In this document: positions 1-11,895 of the stretch, piece by piece | How the letters are laid out: each line of letters opens with the position of its first letter | Position numbering within the stretch: the first letter of the stretch is position 1 | Assembly: GCF_964204645.1 (NCBI RefSeq) | Contig: NC_134027.1 | Location: 15,408,485-15,472,484, forward strand | DNA: 64,000 nucleotides | Direction of reading: 5' to 3' | DNA from: Tubulanus polymorphus | Taxonomy: Eukaryota > Animalia > Nemertea | Program-made: the position numbers and the translations under genes | The notes under the pieces: generated by a model | Seen by the model: the letters and a program-made list of their open reading frames with translations, nothing else | What the model was told of the DNA's origin: nothing | The model's database searches: none

Positions 1-460
1 GGGACTTAAAATTTTTCATTTCAACAATAACATAGCTTTTTATTCGAACACATTTTTTGTCAGAATGCAGAAAATTTTTTGTTCAAGCAAAAAGCGTATT
101 GTTCGATCAAACAGAATTATTTTCATTCGAACAAGATTTTCTTGTTGGAACATTAAGATTTTTGGTCGAACAGCGTGTTAAGGTCGATTTGGAAATTTAC
201 TCGGTCTGGGATATGTTGGATTAGTGTGTATGTCATTTGTCAGGACATTAAACAGAAGACAACTTAGGATACTACCTTGCGTGACTCCACTAGTTTGACC
301 GACTTATTCCAAGATGAGGCGTTCCGTTGATTTCGGCTACAAGTTTTCGTTCAGAGATAACTGCTGAGCCATTTGGGCGACCTATCATTGATACTGTTTC
401 CTAATAGCCTGTTTAGTAATGGCTGATGTTGTGCCTTATCAAATGCTTCGTCGAAATCCA
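1..460. repeat. Copy 1 of a local duplication (GTTCGAAC-rich repeat plus CR1-like RT fragment); copy 2 at ~2642-3045
   Basis: 1-460 aligns by eye to 2642-3045. Examples: gggac..tttttcatttcaacaata, and ggtcgaacagcgtgttaaggtcg...gtcatttgtcaggacattaaacagaagac in both copies. Confidence 0.85.
225..460 (-). pseudogene. Non-LTR (CR1/L2-like) reverse transcriptase fragment
   Basis: Minus strand reads DFDEAFDKAQHQPLLNRL...KWLSSYL...TSGVTQGSILSCLLFNVLTND, matching the DFSKAFD and GVPQGS motifs of CR1/L2 RT. Contains frameshifts. Confidence 0.7.
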
Positions 461-1917
461 CCGTTGAACAGGATTCTAAGACTGTGCAGAAAACCCTTTA
501 TCGCTGCTTTGCAGCTATATTTATTATTATTATTTTCTTCCACACTATTTTTACCAAAAGAACATAGGCTTTGTTACCTTACCGCTGTTTTATATACAAT
601 CCATATAACATCGTTTAGCTCACTGAGATCTACAAATAGCCCGCGTGTTTTTTCACGAATCATCGTTACAAAAGCGTTGTCGGGCCGTAAACATCGAAAA
701 TTTAGCCCCATTCAATGGGGCGACATGTTTTTCGAGTCGTCATCCCGAAATCAACCCGCAGGCCGACTGTCACTTCGATTATCAATTCAAGTATAAATGT
801 ACTAATTCATTGCCACAGACTTCACATTCAGTCGCGGTCTTCAAACAGTGATTTTAACAATAGCCCATTTTCCTCATCAGATCATATTACCGATACACTG
901 GAAATTTACTACTTTAGATTTTAAAAGCACTGTCGAGCCGTAAACATCGACGAATCGACGTGTGTTACAACATCGTCGTTCCGGGGATCAGCTGCGAGTT
1001 TCTCCTCATCATGAGAATCAAATAGAGTACAAATTAATTTATTACTACCAGTGATTTGGCTGCGGGTTTCAAGGAGTTAGTTTAACAATACCTATTTTTC
1101 TTTACCGAATTAACCGTGTATTTACTAAGATAAATCTTTAGTGTACCGGGGAATCGTAGACCTAAACTAAACACGCCGAAGAGATATAGCGGAGAAAAGC
1201 TGTTATGTCGACGTGGTATCGAAATAAAAGAATATATTACTTAATTCGGCCGCGGGCTTCAAACTCTATATCAATACCATCAATACTCTATATTTCCTAC
1301 AGTACATACCGATCATTGTCAAATGCACAATGTATTTACTAAAAACAAGTATATAACACACTCCTTTTCGTATGCTGGACTCACACTTGACATTCGGAGT
1401 AAGCGTTCGCTGTGGGGGAAAGGAGATCGTTCACTGTGTCGCTTGAAGTGTTTATCGAGTTTTACGCGGCTTTAGGCCTACCGGTACTGAGCTTTACTAA
1501 ACAAACACAGTATAATTGTTGCGTTTATTAACGGACTCATTGGATTGAATTTCAAAACAAAATTTACGATATTTAGGTGGGTTGTTATTCAATAGGCCTA
1601 CGACCAATCTGTCCAGATTTTAGGCCTACGCATATACATAGGCCTACATAGGCTATAGTAGCCTCTACTAGGTTAAAGCTAAGTTCACTGTAAAGGAGGA
1701 ATCAAGATTTATTAAAATGCATGTTAATTAGTGATTAACTGGTTGTGACTTGCAACGATCAATCACAATTATCAATTTTATTGCCAAAAATGAAGAATTT
1801 TTTGAAAATTTCGTCTGAGCAGACAGCTTTATAAGCCAGACTTTTCATTTGAGTTTTTTCATCCTAAATGAAACTGGTATTTCATTAATTTCTAATGACT
1901 TAATTTCTTATGATTTA

Positions 1918-2245
1918 AGCAGGGCGTAGGTCGGCCTTGCGACGGCTTCTGATTCACTGCGACGCCTATCACTGCGACCGCCAGCGACGATTGTGTCGCA
2001 ACGACTCATCGACCTACGTTCCCTTGCGACGGGTTGCGACTTACAGCAACGCCAGTCACAAGGAGTCGCACGTGTTCTACTTTCTGCGACGCGACACGAC
2101 TGTCACAACCAACCGACGCGCTCTTGCGACTGGCAGAAACTAGTCGCACAAAGTCGCTGACAACCGTATCGTAACCGACTTGCACCGAAACTTGCGATGC
2201 AACGCGAGGATCGCATCGCGTCACAAGGCTGACGTACGTCCGGCT
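1918..2245. mobile_element. MITE, PIF/Harbinger-like
   Basis: Imperfect ~26-bp TIRs: agcagggcgtaggtcggccttgcgac versus the reverse complement of the right end, agccggacgtacgtcagccttgtgac. TTA on both flanks (1915-17, 2246-48). Interior is GCGAC/GTCGC-rich. Confidence 0.75.
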
Positions 2246-2249
2246 TTAA

Positions 2250-3185
2250 GTTACTGCGGAGCCCTAGAAATATCTTTTTTTTCGTTCAAAAGACCTTTCG
2301 CTTGAAAATTCTTTTGTCGGAACAAAATTTATTTCGTTCCAACCAATAATATTCTGTTCGATTGAACCAATTCGAAAAAAACGTTAGAACAAAGTTGAAC
2401 AAACTTTTTTTTGTCCAAACGAAAGGTTTTTTGTTCGAACAATTGTTCGATTGAACAGAATCGTTTGAATTTGATCAGAATTTTCTTTTCAGAACATTAA
2501 GTTTTTCGTTCGAACAAGTATAATGTAAAAAGTTTTTTCTCCGAACCAAAAGTATTAAGTATTTCGTTCAACCGAACAGAATTGTTTTCATTCAAACATT
2601 CGTTCGAAAAAATTGTTTTCGCTCAACCAAATTTTTTTGCCGGGACAAAAAGTTTTTCATTTCAACAATATCAAAGCTTTCAGAATGAAGAAAAGTTTTG
2701 GTTCGAACAAAAAGCGTACAAGATTTTCTTGTCGGATCATTGAGTTTTTTGGTCGAACAGCGTGTTAAGGTCGTTTTGGAAATTTACTCGGTCTGGTATA
2801 TTTTGGATTACTGTGTATGTCATTTGTCAGGACATTAAACAGAAGACGACTTAGGATACTACCTTGCGTGACTCGACTAGTTAGACCGACTTAATCCAAG
2901 ATGAAGCGTTCCGTTGATTTCGGCTACAAGTTTTCGTTCAGAGATAATGCTGAGCCATTTCGGCAACCTATCATTGATACTGTTTCCTAATAGCCTTGTT
3001 TAGTAATGGCTGATGTTGTACCTTATTAAATGCTTTGTCGAGATCATAAAGAGTAATTATCGCCTAACAGTCGATTTTCCAGAGTCAAATAGGACATCTG
3101 GTTCAGTTGTCCATGGTTTCAAGAAGGTCTAATTGACTGTTTGTCGAGCTTCCCCCGTTATCGCTGCTTTGCAGCTATATTTAGA
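2250..3185. repeat. GTTCGAAC-rich repeat and copy 2 of the CR1-like RT fragment (RT on - strand, ~2810-3180)
   Basis: Near-identical to 1-460. The RT remnant extends further here (DLDKAFNKV). Confidence 0.75.
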
Positions 3186-5399
3186 AATAATGTTCTTTTG
3201 ATTTGAAATATTTTAGATTCAAGCTAGTGTAATATATTTGAAATGTGCGATGAACCCTTTCATTAAGCTGTGCGATCACTTTATTTACCAATTTAGTAGT
3301 TATGAACAATGTTAATTTTGTAGTATGTTTTAATTCAAATAGTATGTACTATAGTTTGTATACTCATGATATCATTATGGTGTTTCACAGTAAAATATGA
3401 ATAAATTGGATATATGTATCAATAATATGAATTAATTGACCTTAAGGTTGTATCTACATTCCATTCAAAAGGAGGGGGATTTCTACCTACACTAAAGAAT
3501 CGGGGATTTTTACCGAGAGGATTTTAACCTAGGGGATTGTTACCTAGGGTATTTTTTACCCAGATGATTTTTGCCGCTAACCATAGATGTAGTTTGTAAT
3601 TTTGAATAATGGTCTTGGCAATGCCCTAATTATGAACAATTTACTTTGTTTTGTTGAATTAACTACTTGTAATCAATTCACTATATAACTATGGTGGATC
3701 CTAACAATGAGTCTGGCCAGCTATTCTAAACTCTTTCCGAAAATTATATTGCTAAGATATTCCTAGTCTTCATTATTTAGCATGAACTCTAGATGTTGGG
3801 ATTTCGGATTCATTAAATGGTATCATGGGCGTGGAAGGTTTGGGCGGAGGTATTATGCTCCAGTTTGACGCGTAAAACAAAAAAAAAATATATCCATACA
3901 TAGGTCATTGCAATATAGAAATTAAACTGTTGACAAGTTGTAATAAATCTCTATAGATGAAACAATTTTAAAGAAAATGCATTATGTTTGTAGTTTCTAT
4001 TCAACTACTATTGACTGTGCGCCTCGGGCTCAATCAACTCGTCATCTCCATGATTTCTATCACACATCAGCTGCCACTGAAATATTTGATTAGGCAGTCC
4101 TATCAAAAGTAGCGTAAATTGATACATGCGAATAATTGATGTTTCCAAAGGGTTTTTGTTACTGGCTCGTTTACATGGGAATGGTCGAAATTCCCCGTTA
4201 AGAATCCCCCGAGAAATCCCATTGAAGAGGTTATGATTTGCTGCTGTTGGCCTGTTTTTTCGTTTGTATTGCAAAATTTAGTCCAAACTAACTGGAATCG
4301 TTTTAAATTGATTTCTGTGAAAATTTTTCCCCACATGTCAACAAGTGCCTTTCAAATCAGGATAGATTCCGATTGCGAAATAATGATTGTAGCAATTTTT
4401 TTAGTATTATTTATCTATGGTTTGATACGTCAAGATTTCAGTAAAAAGGGCAACTTTATCGTTTATGTTAGCGCAGCTTGGTATACAAGCAGGCTGACAA
4501 TAACAAGCCACTGAATTTTATGGGGTTAGTCTTTGTATAGCTCTTTATCTAGAGAAAGTCAGTGATTAAGCCCTAAGTAAATATTGCTCAATTAAAGAGA
4601 ATTCATTATGATGAGCGATGTACTAGCGATGACAGGCCTATGAGGCACCCGTAAATCAAATATATATTCCGCTGTGCCATGCGAAAATTATTGAAAATAA
4701 TAAAACTTTTAATTTGAAATCGCTTAAATCAAAGCTAGTGTAATATATTTGAACTTCCTAGCGATATATTTGTCCTGTGTGATAACTTTTAGTATTAATG
4801 AAGTATATCAATCTTTGGGTGAACGGAAAAAAAGGCCTAGGGAAAAATTGGGAAAAATTGCCGTTAAATGAATATTAGAATTTGCTCCTTTTGTAATAAC
4901 TTTGAATTGTCAAATTCAACTGGACATTGGTGTATGCTGAATATCACGAACAACGAAACATTTATCCTTAAAAACGTTGATTTTCTTTTTCATCTTTCTT
5001 TATTTCAATAATTATCAATCGATTTTTAAGTCGAATTAATTACCAGGATAGCGACTTAATGTGTATGTGCTTTTAAGTCAACTAGTTTCCGAACCCATGG
5101 TATGTCAATCAAGACGGATCTTTGTCTAGAAAAAGTAAGATGCATTTTATCATGGACTCTAAAACGATTGATGCGTTTTAGAGTCCATGATTCTATCCAC
5201 TAATTTCAATGTAAGGACTATATAAGGCTATATGAATCAATACGAAAGCATGTATACCGCAGGTCACTTAATCTTAAGCTTCATTGTGAGAGTTGTTTAA
5301 ACATAATGGTCACATGAGTAATTATTGGTTGTGCGACAATGGGAGAAATCTGCCTTAGACGTCTCATCTCGATATCCGGAGTCCTGGGCTTAGTAACTT

Positions 5400-6710
5400 A
5401 TAGTTAAATAATAATAAGAACGCAACTATCACAATCTTCATGATGATAATGAGTTTATTTACAAGTTCAAACGTTTCGATCGATTTCGACTCATCTCTTC
5501 GAGTCCTTTTCAAGAAATGACATGAAAAGATACAAACTATGTATAGTATACTGTTACTAATTACAGAGAATATCATGCAGGCGTGAAGTGGCCTAGTTTA
5601 CAAAGTACAAATGGATTATAAACATATCAAAATACGTTCAGTAAAAATGAGACACCATGTGTGGAGAGTTGTTTGTTAATACTTGGTTTTTTGGATTTTA
5701 TATACAATGCCTCTTTGATGGTGATTTCAAAGTCATTTTTTTCCAGAATCAACGATTGAAAAGTTGTTTTTTAAAGAAAAATTTGATGCACAATTTTTAC
5801 ATGATGTTAAATGTTCCTTAATTGCTGAAGGCGAAGTTCCATGCTCCTTTACCCTTGTGGCCAAATGTCGCATTGTTTTACCAATGTATGTGTTATTTGC
5901 ATCACGCAAACATTTGAATTTATAAATTACATTGGCGAACAAGGGTGAAGGAGTATGGGACTTGAGTGAAAAGTAGTTCCTAATTTTGAAAGAAGTAAAG
6001 ACAATACGAATATCCACGTTGTAATATTGTTTGAATAGACTCTTGAGTTTTCTGCTAAATATAATTGAAGGGAGGCCTATGTAAGGAACGAAAAAAAGTG
6101 TTTCGACCTTATATTCCCTGACCATACTAGCGGGAGTATCATCACTACATTTACTATTCAAAAATCTTCTAAGACACGAATTAAAGAAATCTTGTGGGTA
6201 GCAATTTTTGTGGAAAACGTTTTTTAGGAAATCAATTTCTTGTGAGAAAACAAACCAACTACTGCTTATGGTATATGCTCTATGGAGCAGACATTGGATT
6301 AAGCCAAATTTCCATTTTTGCGGACACATAGCTGAAAAGTTTAGAATCAAGCTAGTGTAAGTTGATTTTCTAAATACATGAGAAGTGAAGGTACCATCAT
6401 CCGTTGTTGGGAGCGAAATATACGTATCTAGAAATGGAAGTGTAGACGGTCCTATTTCTGAAGTAAATTTAAGATTTGGGTGTAGTGCATTTAGTTTCTC
6501 CAGGAAAGATGCATGTATTGAATCACGTCTGAATACACAGAAAATATCATCAACATAACGTAGGTATAACGATGGCGCGAAACTTTTCCCTGAACAATCA
6601 TCTAGCAGCTTAGATTCAAAATAAGCCAGACAGAAATTAGCCATAGTGGGCCCTAGAGGGCTGCCCATTGTAACTCCATCTACCTGTCGAAAAAATCTAT
6701 CGTCCCAAAA
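5400..6710 (-). mobile_element. Penelope-like retroelement, 5'-truncated (C-terminal RT plus GIY-YIG endonuclease)
   Basis: ORF 5733-6668 has GVTMGSPLGP, YLRYVDD, LPFLD and IYKFKC...YIGKT.RHL..RVKEH. It continues after a frameshift as EITIKEALYIKSKKPSIN to ~5635. Confidence 0.92.
5468..5520 (-). ncRNA. Degenerate minimal hammerhead-ribozyme-like motif in the PLE 3' region
   Basis: Minus strand reads cTTGAAAAG-gactc-gaagagat-gagtc-GAAA, giving a gactc/gagtc stem II. The core deviates from CUGANGA. Position downstream of the PLE ORF is typical. Confidence 0.4.
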
Positions 6711-6739
6711 TGTAGGGGATCAGTTTTGGCCACAGAATA

Positions 6740-7870
6740 TTGGGCGTGGCTCCCAAGGGGCTAATCGAACGTTCAGGGAAACGACCGGAGACCTCATCCT
6801 ATGGACCGACAAGGGCGGGGTCGCGCAATGAATGGTCAACAGAGCCCTCGCCCGATTCGGCGATAATGAGTGATTTTTGGTGGGATGACAAATATTCGGG
6901 GTATCATAGATATGACAACGACTGTCCGGAAATTGACAATTATATTTTTGATTATGATGATTATTTTGAGGACGATAGGGATGGTATATTTGACGTGTCA
7001 TTTAATCAGGGCGACATGCTAGCAGATTCAGTTGACAGTTATTTTGAGACTGAGGACAATTATAATTCGTATTACTTTGATGACGAGGAGTCATTGGATT
7101 TAGATAGGTTTATCGGCTATCACACTCCTTCATGGGGGGCCGATAACGATTATGGCATTCAGGATCGTAACTTAGGGGACAGCTGGAGGGACAATTCCCA
7201 GTTGTCGTTAGATGGAAATTTTTATATGGATCGGGGATCCAATTTTGAGGACAGCTGGAGAAATAATTCCCTGTTGTCGGTTACTAGAGAGCCTGTAAAA
7301 AGACACAGGAGGGTCACGTTTAGCGATCCGGTTGAATTGCAGGAGGTACGTGCAGATATGGCGTGCTCGGGTGACAATATTAGTGTTGAAAGGTCACACC
7401 CTAGAGGGGATAATGGTCCGACGGATTCGGCAGAAGATGACCTTTTTAGAGATAAGAAGTCTCAATTGAATTGTCACGAACGCACTCCTGATCAGTATAA
7501 GTACCCGGTAACTTCCGAATCAGCGGTACAATGTGACCTAGTGTCAGTTGATAAAAGTAATAACAGTTCACGGTCGGAATGTCGTAATGATCATCATGAT
7601 ACGGAGACTGTCGTATCAAATGTATCAAATCAGGTGTCAACATCGGAAAATTGTTGTCAATTATTCGAAAAAGAACAGGATCGTCCTGTCACCTCGAATA
7701 CCAGCGGTTTTCATCAACCAATCGGTAATGAAATGTCCAACGTACAGGACAGAGGTCAGGTTGTCCCCACGTCTAAACCGATTATGCCAATCAACGATAA
7801 TGTTGGAATAAATTCGACCTACTATTCACTGTCAGGAACAACTTCCACCTATTACGACGACTTTAGGTAA
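6740..7870 (+). CDS. Acidic D/Y-rich low-complexity region upstream of the protease (gag C-terminus or gag-pol linker)
   Basis: 376-aa open frame directly 5' of the protease, with a short internal duplication (GDSWRDNSQLS / EDSWRNNSLLS). No capsid motif recognised. Confidence 0.5.
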   Translation: MGVAPKGLIERSGKRPETSSYGPTRAGSRNEWSTEPSPDSAIMSDFWWDDKYSGYHRYDNDCPEIDNYIFDYDDYFEDDRDGIFDVSFNQGDMLADSVDSYFETEDNYNSYYFDDEESLDLDRFIGYHTPSWGADNDYGIQDRNLGDSWRDNSQLSLDGNFYMDRGSNFEDSWRNNSLLSVTREPVKRHRRVTFSDPVELQEVRADMACSGDNISVERSHPRGDNGPTDSAEDDLFRDKKSQLNCHERTPDQYKYPVTSESAVQCDLVSVDKSNNSSRSECRNDHHDTETVVSNVSNQVSTSENCCQLFEKEQDRPVTSNTSGFHQPIGNEMSNVQDRGQVVPTSKPIMPINDNVGINSTYYSLSGTTSTYYDDFR

Positions 7871-7946
7871 CACGCCAACCAACGACATAGGGTCTCTTTC
7901 TAGTCAGAATAATCCTATTGAACAAGAGGTTTATTCTTCGTCAATC

Positions 7947-10900
7947 ATGGCAACTGTCGACCGAGTGACAGGTAGCCATTCGGGGACATCGTTAAGTATT
8001 TTGATCGACACGGGCGCCGAAATCTCTGTATTATCGAACGATTATTTTACGACTCATCCTCAGATATCAAATGGCCCTTTGCAGGTGGGTCAATTCCAAT
8101 CTGCCCGTTGGGTAGATGGAACTAAATTTGACCTGAGAGGAGTTATTTCTGTGGATTTTGTGTTAGGCAATTTGGAAATTACGCACTCTATGTACGTGGT
8201 AGACGGTATCACGTCTGATGTAATTCTTGGAGCTGATTTCTTAGAACAAAACCCGGCAGTTATTGATTATGCAAGAAAGGTCCTTTTGTTACCAGGGGCC
8301 GATGCAATTTACTTCAACAATACCGTCAATTGGGGCAAGTCTTCGTCCGTCAAGGTTACGCGAATGACTGTCATTCCCCCTCATGTGAGGTCATCATAGA
8401 CGGAGAATATTCGATTGACAGGACACAAGCATCGGTGGCAGTCTTTGAGCCGGCAGATCAATTAAGGGCACATGATCTTATGAGTGCATGGTCAGTTGTC
8501 AACGTTACGCAATCAGGCATTCCAGTTCGGGTCATGAATCCCACGTCACGACATGTCACCCTCTATGAGGATATGTGTCTTGGGCACTTATGGACAGATG
8601 GGTGGTCACTTGACCAATCCCTGAAGAATGAAGGGAATTCGGGACAGCTGACCCGACCTCCAGAGGTGTGGGTCACACATATAAAACACCCTCAGACATC
8701 CGCTGACATTGGGATACCTGAAATCGATGTCAAACTCAGACCTTTCACCATCACAAAATGTGAAACTTTTAGAACTCATCCGCTCATACAGGGACATCTT
8801 CGCACGAACGCCGGACGAACTTGGCAAAACCGACTTAGTCAAGCACGTCATTGACACAGGGGATGCAGCCCCGATTCGGAAAAGGCCTTATAGAGCCTCT
8901 CCAGCCATGCAAGATGTCATCGACACTCATGTCAAACAGATGTTGGACATGGGAGTAGTACAGCATAGTACTAGCATTTTGGGCCGCCCCAGTAGTTCTC
9001 GTACGAAATAAGAGCCCGGATGGTGAAGTCAAGTGGAGATTATGTGTTGACTATCGGGGATTGAATGCGGTCACTCGTTCTGACTCCTTCCCCCTGCCTA
9101 GAATCGATGATCTCTTGGCTCAAGTTGGGCAAGCAGCACCCACATTCTTCAGCTCACTTGATTTTCTAAGTGGCTACTGGCAAGTTGAAGATGATGAGGC
9201 CAGTAGAGAAAAAACTGCTTTCATAACCCAGTCGTTTTTTGGAATTTAAGGTACTCCCATTTGGTCTAAAATCGGCGCCATCTACCTTCCAAAGGTTGAC
9301 TGGTGGTTTGCTAAGAGACCTGGTTGGAAAATTTTGTTTGGTATATTTGGACGATATAATTTGCTACTCGGACTCATTTGATAGCCATTTAAATCATTTG
9401 GTCCAAGTATTTGATCGGTTTCGTGAGTCAGGCCTTCGCTTAAATCCCAAGAAATGTCGGTTCGCGGTAAAAACCATTGACTTCTTGGGACATCGTATAT
9501 CCAGGGATGGCATTGACTACTGACCCGGAAAAGGTAGCAGCCGTACAGGAATGGCCTGTCCCCACGACTTTAAGAGAACTACGAAGTTTTCTGGGGTTCA
9601 CCAATTATTATCGGCGTTTTTGTAAAGGTTACAGCACTATGGCGCCCCCCTTACACCAGTTGACTAAGAAAGGCGTGCCGTATAGATGGGACGCTTCTTG
9701 TCAACAGGCTTTCGACACCCTTAAGCAAGCGATGCTCGAAGCCCCAGTATTGGCCTTCCCCATTTATGGGGCATCGCCATTTTTATTATATACTGATGCC
9801 TCGGATGAAGGTATCGGCATGGTACTGGCGCAGGTCCAGGATGGGCAAGAAAGAGCAATTGCATATGCGGGGCGAGGATTGAATGAAGCGGAGAAAAATT
9901 ATTCTACAACGGACCGTGAACTCTTAGCTGTTGCAGCAGGAGTCAAAAAGTTTGAACCTTACTTACGGGGATACCATTTCGAGATTATCACAGACCACAG
10001 TTGCCTACGGTATCTTCAGACTATGAAAACCCTTTCGGGTCGTGTTGGCCGTATTGCACTCTACTTAGAGCAATTTGATTACTCCATATCGCATCGTCCG
10101 GGCAAGGCAAACGGGAACGCCGATGGGCTCTCTCGTCGCCCGTATCCCATTTCTGATAGTATGGAAGACACTATCGACACGTGTGCTCTCGAGGCTGACA
10201 ATGAGCGGCCTGTGCCCGTCAACATGGGCGAGCTCCAGCGGTCTGATTTACAATTAGTATGTCTTATAGACTATTTACTTGATGGTACCTAGCCAGATGA
10301 TGACAAGGAAGCCCGGAGAATTATCTTGCAGTCAGACTACTTCTTTGTTAATGATGATGGAGTTCTTTACCATGTAGACTCTAAAAAGAAAATTGAGGCT
10401 GATGGGCCTCGTCAGTTGGTCATACCTAAAAGAATGTATGCGGAAATGTTAGAGGCTGGTCATGATTCAATGACTGGCGGTCACTTGGGTCACAAACGGA
10501 CCTACGAGACCTTGCGAGCAAGGTATTACTGGCCTGGTATGTATCGAGATGTTGAAAATTGGATTAAATCCTGTAAGGACTGCGCGACTAAGAATCAGCC
10601 AGGGAAGCCCATTAGGGCCCCGGTTAACCCCATAGCTGTCACAGGGCCGTGGGATAGAGTCTCAATGGATGTCTGTGGTCCTTTTCCAACAACGGACTCG
10701 GGAAATAAATACATACTGGTCTTTGTCGACTATCTTACAAAGTGGGTTGAAGCTTTTGCTATGCCTAATCAAGAAGCCACGACGGTCGCTACAATCTTCT
10801 ATGAACAAATCATTTGTCGCCATGGGGCGCCCTCTGTCTTGCAGAGCGATCGCGGAACAAATTTCCTGAGTAAATTAGTCAGCGAGGTTTCGCGGCTATG

Positions 10901-11849
10901 TAATACGCCACGGGCACGGTCCGGTGCGTATAGACCACAAACTCAGGGACAAGTCGAGCACATGAATCTTGTGATTGTCAAGGCTCTGAGCATGTACTGC
11001 AATGAACGCCAAACCGATTGGGACGAATACCTTTACCCCATTCTATTTGCATATCGGGTAAGTCCAGCTTCGGATACGTCGCAATACTCGCCATTCTACC
11101 TCATGTATGGCCGAGAACCGAGGTTGCCGATGGACGTTGCTTTACTTAATCCGAGGGACGTTTACTTTGATGCAGGAGGCTTTGTCCAAGCAATGTTGCC
11201 AAAGTTGAAAGAGGCCAGAAAGTTAGCCAAGGCTAATATCAAAAAGGCGCAGGAGAAGATGAAGGAACGTTTCGACAGGACTGCCGTTCCTCCAAATTTC
11301 GCAGTAGGTGATCAAGTGTTGCTATTCACTCCAAAGAAAATAAGGAGGCTTAGTAAGAAATTGCTTCATCAATGGACGGGCCCTTATCGAATTGTCCGAC
11401 AGATTTCTCCTGTATCTTTCATTTTGGAGAATGAGAGGAATCAAGAGTTGGCCGTCCCAGTACATTGTAATAGAATGAAGCATTTCTTTTCAACGGACAT
11501 TAGGCCGCTTGAGGACGACATACCTGAGAATCCACCTATTGACAGGGAGGACAGGGATCAACCTGAGGAGGGGCCTGTGCTCGCACCGGATGATCCGGGC
11601 GATCAAAATCAGCCTGCGAATCCGGTTGAGCCAATCTATTACGTAGAACGAGTGATTCGTCACAAAAAAGAGAAAGGCATTCTGAAATATCTTATAAAAT
11701 GGGTTGGCTATGACGATAATGAGAACACGTTTGAGCCAGCCGAAAACCTGCCTCCTGAAATCATTCGAGCCTATTGGGATGACCATGCCGCTAAAGTGAA
11801 GCGAAAAACTCGTAAAAATAAGAAGAGACGTCGAGAAAGAGACGACTAG
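7947..11849 (+). pseudogene. pol: gypsy pol: aspartic protease, RT, RNase H, integrase, chromodomain
   Basis: Protease LIDTGA...ILGADFL. RT LPFGL, YLDD, FLGH. RNase H YTDAS, YSTTDRELLA, TDH, ADGLSR. Integrase H..GGHLG..CKDC, D-D-E (MDVCGP, SDRG, VEH), WTGPY. Chromodomain YYVERVIRH...YLIKWVGYDDNENTFEPAENL. Split over several ORFs. Confidence 0.95.
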
Positions 11850-11869
11850 TACGTGGTTTCGAGATTACT

Positions 11870-11895
11870 GATTCTTGCTATCCCTATTTTTCAGG
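11870..11895 (+). promoter_or_regulatory. Putative env splice acceptor
   Basis: Pyrimidine tract ttcttgctatccctatttttcAG|G directly before ATG 11896, which begins a signal-peptide-like stretch. Confidence 0.6.

Noticed and set aside
419-1300. Short ORFs 419-924
   Set aside because: They overlap a LINE fragment and degenerate repeats, with no protein-like signal.
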